Notes under the pieces: model-generated
The model's input: only the letters and a program-made list of their open reading frames with translations
The model's database searches: none
Told to the model about the DNA's origin: nothing
Position numbers and translations under genes: made by a program
Assembly: GCA_019084405.1 (NCBI GenBank)
Contig: JAHRFX010000006.1
Span: forward strand, 19,213 to 51,212
Reading direction: 5' to 3'
DNA length: 32,000 nt
Source: Methanobacterium sp.
Lineage (GTDB): Archaea; Methanobacteriota; Methanobacteria; Methanobacteriales; Methanobacteriaceae
Part shown: positions 8,601 through 15,866 of the stretch, one piece after another
Numbering within the stretch: the first letter of the stretch is position 1
Layout of the letters: each line of letters opens with the position of its first letter

Positions 8601-10141
8601 ACATCTAAATGTCCTGCACCTGCTCCTTCAGCCTTACCCGGACCATGCCAATATATTATGGCAGCTTTTTTTTCCGAATTAGGAGTATATCTCAGATTTA
8701 TCCAGGAAATACTGAGATCCACCAGCCAATTTATCTGTCTTTCAATTGGCTTGTAAAACGTTACTTCAAATGGAAGATGAGAATATCTTGAATCTTCCTC
8801 CCTTGTGGATATCACAATGGAACCAAACATTCCATCCTGTTCTGATGGCACAATAGTGCCCCCAATGGCAGGGGGTTGAAGTCCCAGTTTTCCATTAAAC
8901 CATTCATCATAAGTTCCAGAAAATTTCTGGGCTTTTATGATAGGAACATTTAGTTTCTCAAGTACGTCAATAACATCCTCTGTTGAGGAATCTACAGACC
9001 ATCCAAACATTTTATAATGGACAATTGCATCTACAGCATTTTTACCGTTTATCATAAGAAATTTATCGATATTGGGGTTACCATGATGTTCATAGAAATA
9101 GGGAATCACACTTATACCTTTATTTTCAAAGGCTTTAATTAACGCATCTACTGATTCTAAGTCATTCTTTAGATAGTCAGTCTCGTGGAATAAGATTCCG
9201 ACCGTTTTTTGACCTTCTATTGAGCCATACCAGCTAAGATAATCCTTCAAGTTGTGAAACAGCTCCATTGTATCCGGATGATGAATTCCTGTTTTTATAA
9301 CAGGAACGGGAGGATTTAGTTCTCCTAGGTCTAATCCAAGAAATTTAACTCCAAGATACTTTAGAAGCTCCCTTGAATTTATTGAACTGGCCCTGTTTTG
9401 CCAGTAAGTTCTGATCCATTGATGTTTTGGGTGTCCATTGGCCACTATGACTCCCTCTGGAAGATCTATCCAGGATACAGTTAAAATGACAGGTATACCC
9501 TTTCCTATTGCTTCTGTCATTAATATGCGTATTTGGTCTAGATTTGGTGTATCTCTCCACATCCAGTCTACAAATACAAGATCGTAATCCGTGAATGTGT
9601 CGGGAAGGTTTGTTGTAGTGCGAATGTCACTTTCTAAGAAGTCAGAGTCAACTACAGCGGTCGAAAATATTGGGTCTATGGTGCCTTGAAATAGGATTAA
9701 TACCGTCGGTTTACCAAGTTCAAAATCTGCAGTTCCATAAATATCTGAATCGCCAGATTCACTGGAAGTAGGGCTTACTATAGTAGATGAAGGTTTATGT
9801 CCTTGATAGCTGGCTGTGACTGTAAATTCAGTTAAAAGGCTCTGGAAGATCAATTCATATTTTCCATCAGCAGCCGTGGTAGTGGTGGCTAAAACTTCAC
9901 CATTTCCCTCTGCTTTTATAGTAACATTGGAAAATGGTTCACCAGTTTCACAATCCAGAACCATACCTGAGATCTTTATTTCAGGTAAAACATCATCACT
10001 TTCGGGTAAATCCTCTAATGGAGTATCAGATTGCATCACCTCAGGTGTTATATTTTCTTCTGCGAATGCTGATCCACAGAGAGTAAGTATGAAAACAAAT
10101 GTTATTACTAGTAAAATCACTTGTTTTTTAATACTTTTCAC
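5645..10141 (-). CDS. Very large CobN/BchH-like metal chelatase subunit homologue, predicted secreted and C-terminally membrane anchored, with N-terminal carboxypeptidase-regulatory-like domain (real start possibly ATT at 10132)
   Basis: N-term signal peptide KKQVILLVITFVFILTLCGSAFAEE; ISGMVLDCETGEPFSNVTIKAEGNGEVLATTTTAADGKYELIF (CarboxypepD_reg-like); CobN hallmarks such as GRHGTVAWLPGKTGPGLDRDNCWPAIV and HRDLWRDL-like ESLTDSLWRDLRTSYFNPRWIKAMQEH; C-term Pro/Gly/Ser-rich linker and TM helix SMIYTIIGIVSVLALVGAGFYFG. Confidence 0.85.
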   Translation of the reverse strand: MKSIKKQVILLVITFVFILTLCGSAFAEENITPEVMQSDTPLEDLPESDDVLPEIKISGMVLDCETGEPFSNVTIKAEGNGEVLATTTTAADGKYELIFQSLLTEFTVTASYQGHKPSSTIVSPTSSESGDSDIYGTADFELGKPTVLILFQGTIDPIFSTAVVDSDFLESDIRTTTNLPDTFTDYDLVFVDWMWRDTPNLDQIRILMTEAIGKGIPVILTVSWIDLPEGVIVANGHPKHQWIRTYWQNRASSINSRELLKYLGVKFLGLDLGELNPPVPVIKTGIHHPDTMELFHNLKDYLSWYGSIEGQKTVGILFHETDYLKNDLESVDALIKAFENKGISVIPYFYEHHGNPNIDKFLMINGKNAVDAIVHYKMFGWSVDSSTEDVIDVLEKLNVPIIKAQKFSGTYDEWFNGKLGLQPPAIGGTIVPSEQDGMFGSIVISTREEDSRYSHLPFEVTFYKPIERQINWLVDLSISWINLRYTPNSEKKAAIIYWHGPGKAEGAGAGHLDVYASLANILEALKNEGYYLGDNPLPNETELTNLIRNQGLNIGLWAPGELENLIENYPVIKVPLDDYMNWFNELNEAKKNEVIEMWGDAPGNIMVYENMIILPVIQFGNIILAPEPSRGYTQDHGAMYHSGYIPPTHQYLAFYFWLKQGFDADAAIHFGRHGTVAWLPGKTGPGLDRDNCWPAIVSQDIPVIYPFTVEGGESLLPIRRQTPVMISHLIPPVTIAGLYGDLALLHMKMHEYDSTFDESVKEEYRKTLIDMVRELRLHEDLNINLDSIDDFEAFMDDIHEYLHELENAFINNGFHVFGIAPEGDRLLYLVQTLLGHDFQEYLDKEFIGDYHLVDDHELIQEQVKQLLQMVIFENKTPEEAQLAVLGSSTSKLNEYLTLAIKYSEYIKQSNQEITSLLRALSGQYITPGNIGDPILNPEVLPTGKNIYSFDPRIMPTQEAWNVAVKLVDDLINRYLEETGEYPHKIAFMLWATHTQQDRGVMEAAILYLLGVEPVPDPGFKFHYTDVKLIEDLERPRIDVVITTTSLYLNMFRCRLDLLDKAIRLASGATDDTQPNYVRENSEAMYQALIDLGFSEEEAKRLSMSRIFSQEPGNHHNAMQHALLMSDTWEDELKLAETYIGTFGHIFQGSEKDPIYLPDLYKLALDGSEIALFRRVSNVNDLISDDDYFGYFGGLGLTIRSIFGNDPKMWLMNVENPSNPRIESLTDSLWRDLRTSYFNPRWIKAMQEHNSAGAREMTHFHKHLFGWTVTSPDSVTNSMWDESYSVYVLDKHNLGLKEWFNQSNPYALESMYAQFMETSRKGYWETDVSTKTHLANEWANSIIQNGVSCSPPTCSNLDMVEWAMQYMDADLASQFKEQMYMATKNAMFAPGGSDPGVTPGIPGTTPGTPGETPAGGSTPGSSPGQSAHSHDVSAEVASESSEAAESAEAGEESSKSYEVSTTESASTSQDNSMIYTIIGIVSVLALVGAGFYFGPGRKS

Positions 10142-10536
10142 CTCCTTTGTATTTTATAACAAAGTAACGATTGTTCCACTCACTATTTAATACTATTTAT
10201 TACTTTTATATTATTACTTTCTAGGGGAAAATCAAGGAATTATTAATAAATGCCCTTAAAAAGAATACTAATAAGTCAAAAAGCTATAAAAACGTAATAA
10301 TTATCATTTATACTCATCCTGAAAATTCAGTGCCCCCTATAACCTGTTATTACCCTGGAAAACTTATAAAAATAGAGTTATAAATGATTATCAGTTTAAA
10401 GAATCTTTTAAAATAATAACAGCCCTCTAGGTATAATTTATGAAAAAATAAATAATTAATGGTTCCCCATCATTAAAAAAAAAATCGATGGCTGGATTTA
10501 ATCATCAAGTAAAAAGTTTTAAACATCCTGTAAAAA

Positions 10537-10554
10537 TAATACTGGGCCGTATTA
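10537..10554. promoter_or_regulatory. Interrupted palindrome TAATAC-N6-GTATTA in long intergenic region upstream of the CobN-like gene
   Basis: TAATACTGGGCCGTATTA read directly in the 489-nt AT-rich intergenic region. Confidence 0.3.
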
Positions 10555-10630
10555 CTATAAAAAAGCCTGGAAAACTAAATAAGTAATTCTAATTATTCTC
10601 TAAAAAAGATTAAAAAGCCCCTGAGGAGGA

Positions 10631-11143
10631 TTAATCCAGATACCGGGCCACTTCATCCAGCCAGACCAACCATTCCTCATAAGATACATTAGGACAGCTC
10701 ATATCCGCATTAGGGTGCATAAAACGACACAGGGTCAAGGTTTTAATATGGGGAGCAAAGTTCTTCAGGGTGGATAGTCCCTGGGACCCCAGATAATAAG
10801 GAACACCAATAAAACATACCAGATCGTAGTTTCCTTCCCCATCCAGTCCTTTCCAGTGGGGATTTTTCAGGTGGTTTATTATTTCAATTACTCCCATGGT
10901 TTTATCTGGTTTGAACTTTGACCGGTCCATGGCCAGATTTGATCCACCAGTAGCAATAACTGGGATATTCCTTTTTTTAGCTATTTTCAGAGATTTATCA
11001 GTTATATCCCGTGGTATTTCATTTAACAATGACCCCATAATAAATAAGGGTCTTTTGGATTGTTTTAGGGTCAGGGCCGCCATCTTAGAAGGCCAGGCCT
11101 GGGCCTCATTTGCACATGATAGTGCCGGATTCCATGCAGACAT
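10631..11143 (-). CDS. cdhB: Acetyl-CoA decarbonylase/synthase (CODH) complex epsilon subunit
   Basis: 170 aa; KQSKRPLFIMGSLLNEIPRD...IPVIATGGSNLAM...NYDLVCFIGVPYYLGSQGLSTLKNFAPHIKTLTLCRFMHPNADMSCPNV, typical epsilon subunit. Confidence 0.85.
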   Translation of the reverse strand: MSAWNPALSCANEAQAWPSKMAALTLKQSKRPLFIMGSLLNEIPRDITDKSLKIAKKRNIPVIATGGSNLAMDRSKFKPDKTMGVIEIINHLKNPHWKGLDGEGNYDLVCFIGVPYYLGSQGLSTLKNFAPHIKTLTLCRFMHPNADMSCPNVSYEEWLVWLDEVARYLD

Positions 11144-11217
11144 TATATCACCAATACCTTTAAATACGAAGTGTTCTCAGTACTTATTATAATGATTAAT
11201 AATGATAGTATTTAAAG

Positions 11218-13668
11218 GTGATGTTTTTGCCCCCAAGTAACTATAAAGATAGCAGTTCATTTTCAGCTCGAGGGTTGAATGTGGATTTTAATGTGGATTT
11301 TAAGGATATAGACTCTTATATAAAAGAAAAAAAAGAAGTAAGTAAGGAATATGCAAAAAGCATATCCTTAGATTATCCCAAATTACGAGAATGGGATTTT
11401 AAGCTGCTCTCCCATTTTAAGCCGTTTTATGCTCCATTATGTGATATGTGCTGCATGTGTACCTATGGTAAATGCGATTTATCTGAAAATAAAAAAGGAG
11501 CCTGCGGCATAAACCTGGAAAAGCAGCAATCCCGTATAGCACTTCTTACCTCCTGTATAGGTGCCTCCACCCATGCTGCCCATGCCCGGGACCTGGTGGA
11601 TAGATTACTGGAACATAACCCGGAAATGGAATTAAAATACGATAGTTCCATTGATATCACCTCCCCCATCATTACCACCCTCACCGGGATAATACCCCAA
11701 AACGCCGCTGACCTGGAACAGATTATGGGATGTGTGGAAAAGGAATTAACCAATCTCATGGCCTCCACCCATACCGGGCAGGAAGGAAATTACCTGGATT
11801 TTGAATCCAAAGCCCTTCATGCCGGTATGATAGATAACTTGAGCCTGGAGATAGCTGAAATAGCCCAGATTAACCTTTATGATTTGAATAAAGGACAGGA
11901 AGACACTCCCCTTTTAGAAATTGGTATGGGAGTTATTGACCGTGAAAAACCGGTTATACTGGCCATCGGCCATAGTATTGCTCCTGGTACCGAGATAATA
12001 GATTATGCTGAAAAAATGGATCTGGAAGAGGACCTGGAGATATGTGGACTCTGCTGCACTGCCATTGAACTGGGAAGATCATCTGCCCGATCCAAAATAG
12101 TGGGGCCCATATCCCGGCAGCTCATGTTCATCAAATCCGGAGCACCGGATGTGGTGGTCCTGGATGAACAGTGTATCCGGGCAGACATATTTGAATTATG
12201 TGCCGAAAACCATATCCCCATTATTGCCACCAGTGATAAGTGTTCTCTGGGACTTCCTGATAAAACTGGTGAAGCTCCTGCAGTAATTATCAATGAAATA
12301 TTAAAAGGAGAGTTACCGGGAGTGCTGATTAGGGATGTTAAAAAGGTGGGCCAGGTGGCAGTGAAACTCTCCCGCCAGGTTAAAGAGTGCCGGGAAACCG
12401 CCCAGGGAATGAAAACCAATGCTCCAGAGGATGTAAAACTTACCCAGTCCAATGGACGATGTTACATCTGCAGTTCCTGTGGTACGGACTGTGAAGGTGA
12501 AACTCTTTCCCTGACCGACCACTTTGCAGGACAAGAATGTGAGGACCCTCAGGCGCTTATAAAAGAATGTATCGAATGTGGTCAATGTGATCGAGTATGT
12601 CCAGTAATGTTACCCTTAACCCAGGCTTTAAAGGATGCTAAAACAGATGATAAAGAATTAATGGCCAGTTTCTATGGTAAATGTGTGGGCTGTGGTAAAT
12701 GTATGGAAGAGTGCAGCCAGGATATTCCTCTGGTTAATCTGATATGCTGGGCAGCTCAGGATAAAATCGAAGCTGAAAAGTACCTGATAAGATCTGGAAG
12801 AGGCCCTATCCAGGATGTGGAAATACGGCGGGTGGGAGCACCTATTGTCTTCGGGGATATACCGGGGGTGCTGGCATTGGCCGGTTGTTCCAATTATGCT
12901 CAGGGTGAAAAGGAAGTGGCCCTTATTGCCGAAGAGTACTTGAAAAGAGGTTATATTGTGATGGCAGCCGGATGTGCCGCCATGGATATAGCCCTGTATA
13001 AGGACGAAGATGGGGAAACCCTCTATGAGAAGTACAGTGACCGGTTTGATAAAGGCGGTCTTTTGAGTCTGGGGCCTTGTGTGGCCAATGCCCATGCCAT
13101 AGGCAGTGCCATTAAGATTGCCAATATCTTTGCCCGGGTACCCCTGGAGAAGAACTTCGTGGAGATATCTGATTATATCCTCAACCGGATCGGTGTTTGT
13201 GTAATTGCCTGGGGTGCCATGTCTCAGAAGGCCTTTGCCATTGCCACCGGTGCCAACCGATGGGGCATACCCACCATCATCGGTCCCCAGGCCTCCAAGT
13301 ACCGTAGATTGTATCTGGGAAATGAGGAAGAACCCCGAACCATCAAAGATAAAAGGGATGGTAGTACAGTGGTTTCTGAACCAGCCCCGGTGCATCTGGC
13401 CTACTCTGCTGAAAGTATAAACGAATGTATGGCCATGACCGCCAAGATGTGCATTAGGCCCAATGACACACCTAAAGGACGTTTAATAAAGTTAACTAAC
13501 TACGTGGATATCCACCAGAAGTATTATGGAACCCTGCCATCTGATCTGGCCCACTACATCCGGGATGAAAAGGAGATACCCTTTAAAGATAAAGATGAAA
13601 TTTTAAAACAATTAAAAGAAGCAGGTTGGAAGCCCCGGATGGCGGCTCAGGAACCATCCATACTTTAA
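11218..13668 (+). CDS. cdhA: Acetyl-CoA decarbonylase/synthase complex alpha subunit (Ni-Fe carbon monoxide dehydrogenase); start codon uncertain (GTG 11218, ATG 11221 or TTG 11227)
   Basis: CDMCCMCTYGKCDLSENKKGACGI cluster region, GQEGNYLDFESKALHAGMIDNL, CYICSSCGTDCEG, ECIECGQCDRVCP / KCVGCGKCMEECSQDIP 4Fe-4S motifs; 816 aa. Confidence 0.95.
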   Translation: MMFLPPSNYKDSSSFSARGLNVDFNVDFKDIDSYIKEKKEVSKEYAKSISLDYPKLREWDFKLLSHFKPFYAPLCDMCCMCTYGKCDLSENKKGACGINLEKQQSRIALLTSCIGASTHAAHARDLVDRLLEHNPEMELKYDSSIDITSPIITTLTGIIPQNAADLEQIMGCVEKELTNLMASTHTGQEGNYLDFESKALHAGMIDNLSLEIAEIAQINLYDLNKGQEDTPLLEIGMGVIDREKPVILAIGHSIAPGTEIIDYAEKMDLEEDLEICGLCCTAIELGRSSARSKIVGPISRQLMFIKSGAPDVVVLDEQCIRADIFELCAENHIPIIATSDKCSLGLPDKTGEAPAVIINEILKGELPGVLIRDVKKVGQVAVKLSRQVKECRETAQGMKTNAPEDVKLTQSNGRCYICSSCGTDCEGETLSLTDHFAGQECEDPQALIKECIECGQCDRVCPVMLPLTQALKDAKTDDKELMASFYGKCVGCGKCMEECSQDIPLVNLICWAAQDKIEAEKYLIRSGRGPIQDVEIRRVGAPIVFGDIPGVLALAGCSNYAQGEKEVALIAEEYLKRGYIVMAAGCAAMDIALYKDEDGETLYEKYSDRFDKGGLLSLGPCVANAHAIGSAIKIANIFARVPLEKNFVEISDYILNRIGVCVIAWGAMSQKAFAIATGANRWGIPTIIGPQASKYRRLYLGNEEEPRTIKDKRDGSTVVSEPAPVHLAYSAESINECMAMTAKMCIRPNDTPKGRLIKLTNYVDIHQKYYGTLPSDLAHYIRDEKEIPFKDKDEILKQLKEAGWKPRMAAQEPSIL

Positions 13669-13678
13669 AAATTTACCC

Positions 13679-13703
13679 GGGTCGGGTGTGTGCCACCCGG
13701 CCC
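13679..13703 (+). promoter_or_regulatory. GC-rich intercistronic hairpin between cdhA and the ferredoxin gene
   Basis: GGGTCGGGTG-TGTGC-CACCCGGCCC: 10-bp stem with one G.U pair and a 5-nt loop; no T-tract follows. Confidence 0.55.
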
Positions 13704-13751
13704 ATCACCCCAATTGATATAATCTCCAAAAAAAATAGGAGTTGATAATTT

Positions 13752-14153
13752 ATGAACCCTCATATAGATCTTCTAGATCCCCTTAAATGTTCCAAATGTA
13801 ATATATGTTTTGTTAGGTGTGCTGATACCCATGGCCAGAGCCGTATCAAAAAGGTGGATTCAGTACCCCATATCTGTATCCAGTGTGAGGATGCACCCTG
13901 TGAACAGGCCTGTAATGTGGGCGCCATATACCTCCAGGATGGCATAGCCATCGTTGATCAGGATAAGTGTGTGGGATGTAAAAAGTGTATAGATGCCTGT
14001 CCCCATAAGAGTCTTTATGTTGAAGATTTAATAGCCCGTAAATGTACCCTTTGTCTGGATGCTGATGTTTTAATACCAGCCTGTGTAGAGGCTTGTCCCA
14101 ATAATGCCCTTATCATCAACTGTGATGAAGTAGAAGGAATGGAAAAGGAATGA
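13752..14153 (+). CDS. 4Fe-4S dicluster/polyferredoxin electron-transfer protein (CooF/HycB-like)
   Basis: CSKCNICFVRC, CIQCEDAPCEQAC, CVGCKKCIDACP, CTLCLDADVLIPACVEACP clusters. Confidence 0.85.
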   Translation: MNPHIDLLDPLKCSKCNICFVRCADTHGQSRIKKVDSVPHICIQCEDAPCEQACNVGAIYLQDGIAIVDQDKCVGCKKCIDACPHKSLYVEDLIARKCTLCLDADVLIPACVEACPNNALIINCDEVEGMEKE

Positions 14154-14158
14154 TATTG

Positions 14159-14190
14159 TATGCAGGGCTTCCTGCATATATATATTTTTT
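14159..14190 (+). terminator. Hairpin plus T-tract terminator of cdhA-ferredoxin unit
   Basis: TATGCAGG-GCTT-CCTGCATA followed by TATATATTTTTT. Confidence 0.65.
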
Positions 14191-14297
14191 AGTAAATTTA
14201 AAGCCTGTTTTATATTTAAAAGTCCTTAAAATAAGTAAAATCCAATATAAATAGCTATTTTTTAAAACCGATAATAAACCTTGGTATTAATTTTAAT

Positions 14298-14335
14298 AAA
14301 ACAAAAAAAGTAAGCAGTCCCTCAAGGGACCACTT
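14298..14335 (-). terminator. Terminator of mtd
   Basis: On the minus strand: AAGTGGTCCC-TTGA-GGGACTGCTT (10-bp stem with two G.U pairs) followed by ACTTTTTTTGTTTT. Confidence 0.65.
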
Positions 14336-14345
14336 GTTATTTAAT

Positions 14346-15176
14346 TTATTGTGGTTTAGACATTAAGTCTGATTTAGACATGTTCTGTCCTTCTCCACCG
14401 TGTGGGGTTCGAACGACAGTGTCATTAGCTTTTTCGATTTCTCGAGCTTCTTCAGCTAATTTAGCAGCGGTGAAAATCATTTCGTGAGCAGATGCTACAA
14501 TAGGTATGTATTTTTCAGCATCTCGCACCATGAAACAACCTTCTACATCAATATCAGCTACTTTGGTAGCGATTTCGTAGGCAGCCATGGCTTTAGCTTT
14601 AGCATAAGGGCTGGCAAATTGGGCAGCTTCTACAGCTACATCCCGGGAGATTACCACTTTAGGTAATTCGATAGCGTTTCCAGCTTCAACATCTGCTACA
14701 GCAGCGTCAATAGTGTTCTGGACTACCCGGTAGGCGCCAGTTAAAGCTAATACCTTAATTACATCAGCATTGAAGGAAGCCATTTCAGTAGGGTCCAGGA
14801 ATTCTCTTCGGGCACCGATCATAGGGTCGGCTTTAACAATGATGTAACCTAAGCCCTGTTCCTCCATTTCGTCTTTGGATCGTAGTCCAGGAGCATCACC
14901 AATGATGATGGCTGGTACGTCTGCAGCAGATAATAATTCTCTTGCTTTAGCCGGTCCTGGAGCACCAGGGTTTGGGCTTATGAATATGACAAAGTCCCTA
15001 TCCATTTCAAGCATTAATGGTACGGCTTTTTCAATCTCTTCCGGGTTCATCTTGGCCCCGGAGCCTACTACACAAACATCTATATTAGGTCGGTCTGCTC
15101 TCTCATCCAGTAATAAGTCCAGGACAGGAGATGTACCGATATTACCACATTTAATTATACCAATTTTTACAACCAT
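14346..15176 (-). CDS. mtd: F420-dependent methylenetetrahydromethanopterin dehydrogenase
   Basis: MVVKIGIIKCGNIGTSPVLDLLLDERADRPNIDVCVVGSGAKMNPEE; full-length 276 aa, characteristic Mtd sequence. Confidence 0.97.
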   Translation of the reverse strand: MVVKIGIIKCGNIGTSPVLDLLLDERADRPNIDVCVVGSGAKMNPEEIEKAVPLMLEMDRDFVIFISPNPGAPGPAKARELLSAADVPAIIIGDAPGLRSKDEMEEQGLGYIIVKADPMIGARREFLDPTEMASFNADVIKVLALTGAYRVVQNTIDAAVADVEAGNAIELPKVVISRDVAVEAAQFASPYAKAKAMAAYEIATKVADIDVEGCFMVRDAEKYIPIVASAHEMIFTAAKLAEEAREIEKANDTVVRTPHGGEGQNMSKSDLMSKPQ

Positions 15177-15339
15177 TAAATCACCAAAAAATGTTAATAC
15201 TCATATAAGTAAGTACTTTTTGATTTAATTATTTTAATTAAGTTTTTATATGATGACCATTCCGGGATAGGCCTTATATATTTTATCATAAAAACACGGT
15301 TTTTAGGTGAATATTCTCAAACCTTAAATGGTGTATGGA

Positions 15340-15753
15340 CTACTTAACCACCAAAGCATTGCCACTATACATCCGGATAAATGTATCTTTATTGATTTCA
15401 ATTTCACCCAGGGAAGGGTCGGCTAAGAACACTTTATTCCGACTTATTTTTCTTATCACGCTATAATGGGCGGAGCCATTTATTTTAATAAAAACTATGT
15501 TATGTGGCTGGAGATTATCCAGTCCCAGACGCATTCCAACCGCCTCCATGCCTTTTTTTCGGGCTGCCTGAATCAATCCATACATGCTGGTTCCACTTTC
15601 ATCAGTACCAGCCATCTTTGCAATTTCCATTTCAGTACAAGGTACACCCTGGGCCTTAATCACCGTGGCCAGTGCAGCCGGGCCGCAGTTGTAGGTGGTG
15701 CTTTGTTTTACAATATTTTGTTTAAGGAGTTCCTCTAATTTAATACTAATCAC
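15340..15753 (-). CDS. Stand-alone C39-family (double-glycine type) peptidase-like protein
   Basis: QSTTYNCGPAALATVIKAQGVPCTEMEIAKMAGTDESGTSMYGLIQAARKKG ... GSAHYSVIRKISRNKVFLADPSLG: Cys, His and Asp motifs of peptidase C39. Confidence 0.85.
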   Translation of the reverse strand: MISIKLEELLKQNIVKQSTTYNCGPAALATVIKAQGVPCTEMEIAKMAGTDESGTSMYGLIQAARKKGMEAVGMRLGLDNLQPHNIVFIKINGSAHYSVIRKISRNKVFLADPSLGEIEINKDTFIRMYSGNALVVK

Positions 15754-15866
15754 CTCAAATAGTAATAATAGAAAATAGAGTAAACTACTATTTAATATTA
15801 ATTATTCTAAAATTATTACAAAAATTTAAAGGTAAAAAAAGTCCTGGTAATTAAAAAACATTATTT

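Noticed and set aside
6309-8791. Plus-strand ORFs inside the CobN-like gene (6309..6584, 7713..8030, 8192..8386, 8609..8791)
   Set aside because: Short, low-complexity, antisense to a long coding ORF with clear family motifs.
10896-11192. 98-aa plus-strand ORF over cdhB
   Set aside because: Antisense to a conserved protein-coding gene; no independent support.
11280-11312. Small duplicated AATGTGGATTTT at the cdhA 5' end
   Set aside because: Encodes NVDFNVDF within the protein; just a short in-frame duplication, too small to interpret.
12658-13395. 245-aa ORF antisense to cdhA (also 12003..12452, 12313..12585, 11463..11768)
   Set aside because: Lies entirely opposite a strongly conserved cdhA; composition is a mirror of the sense codons and no recognisable domain.
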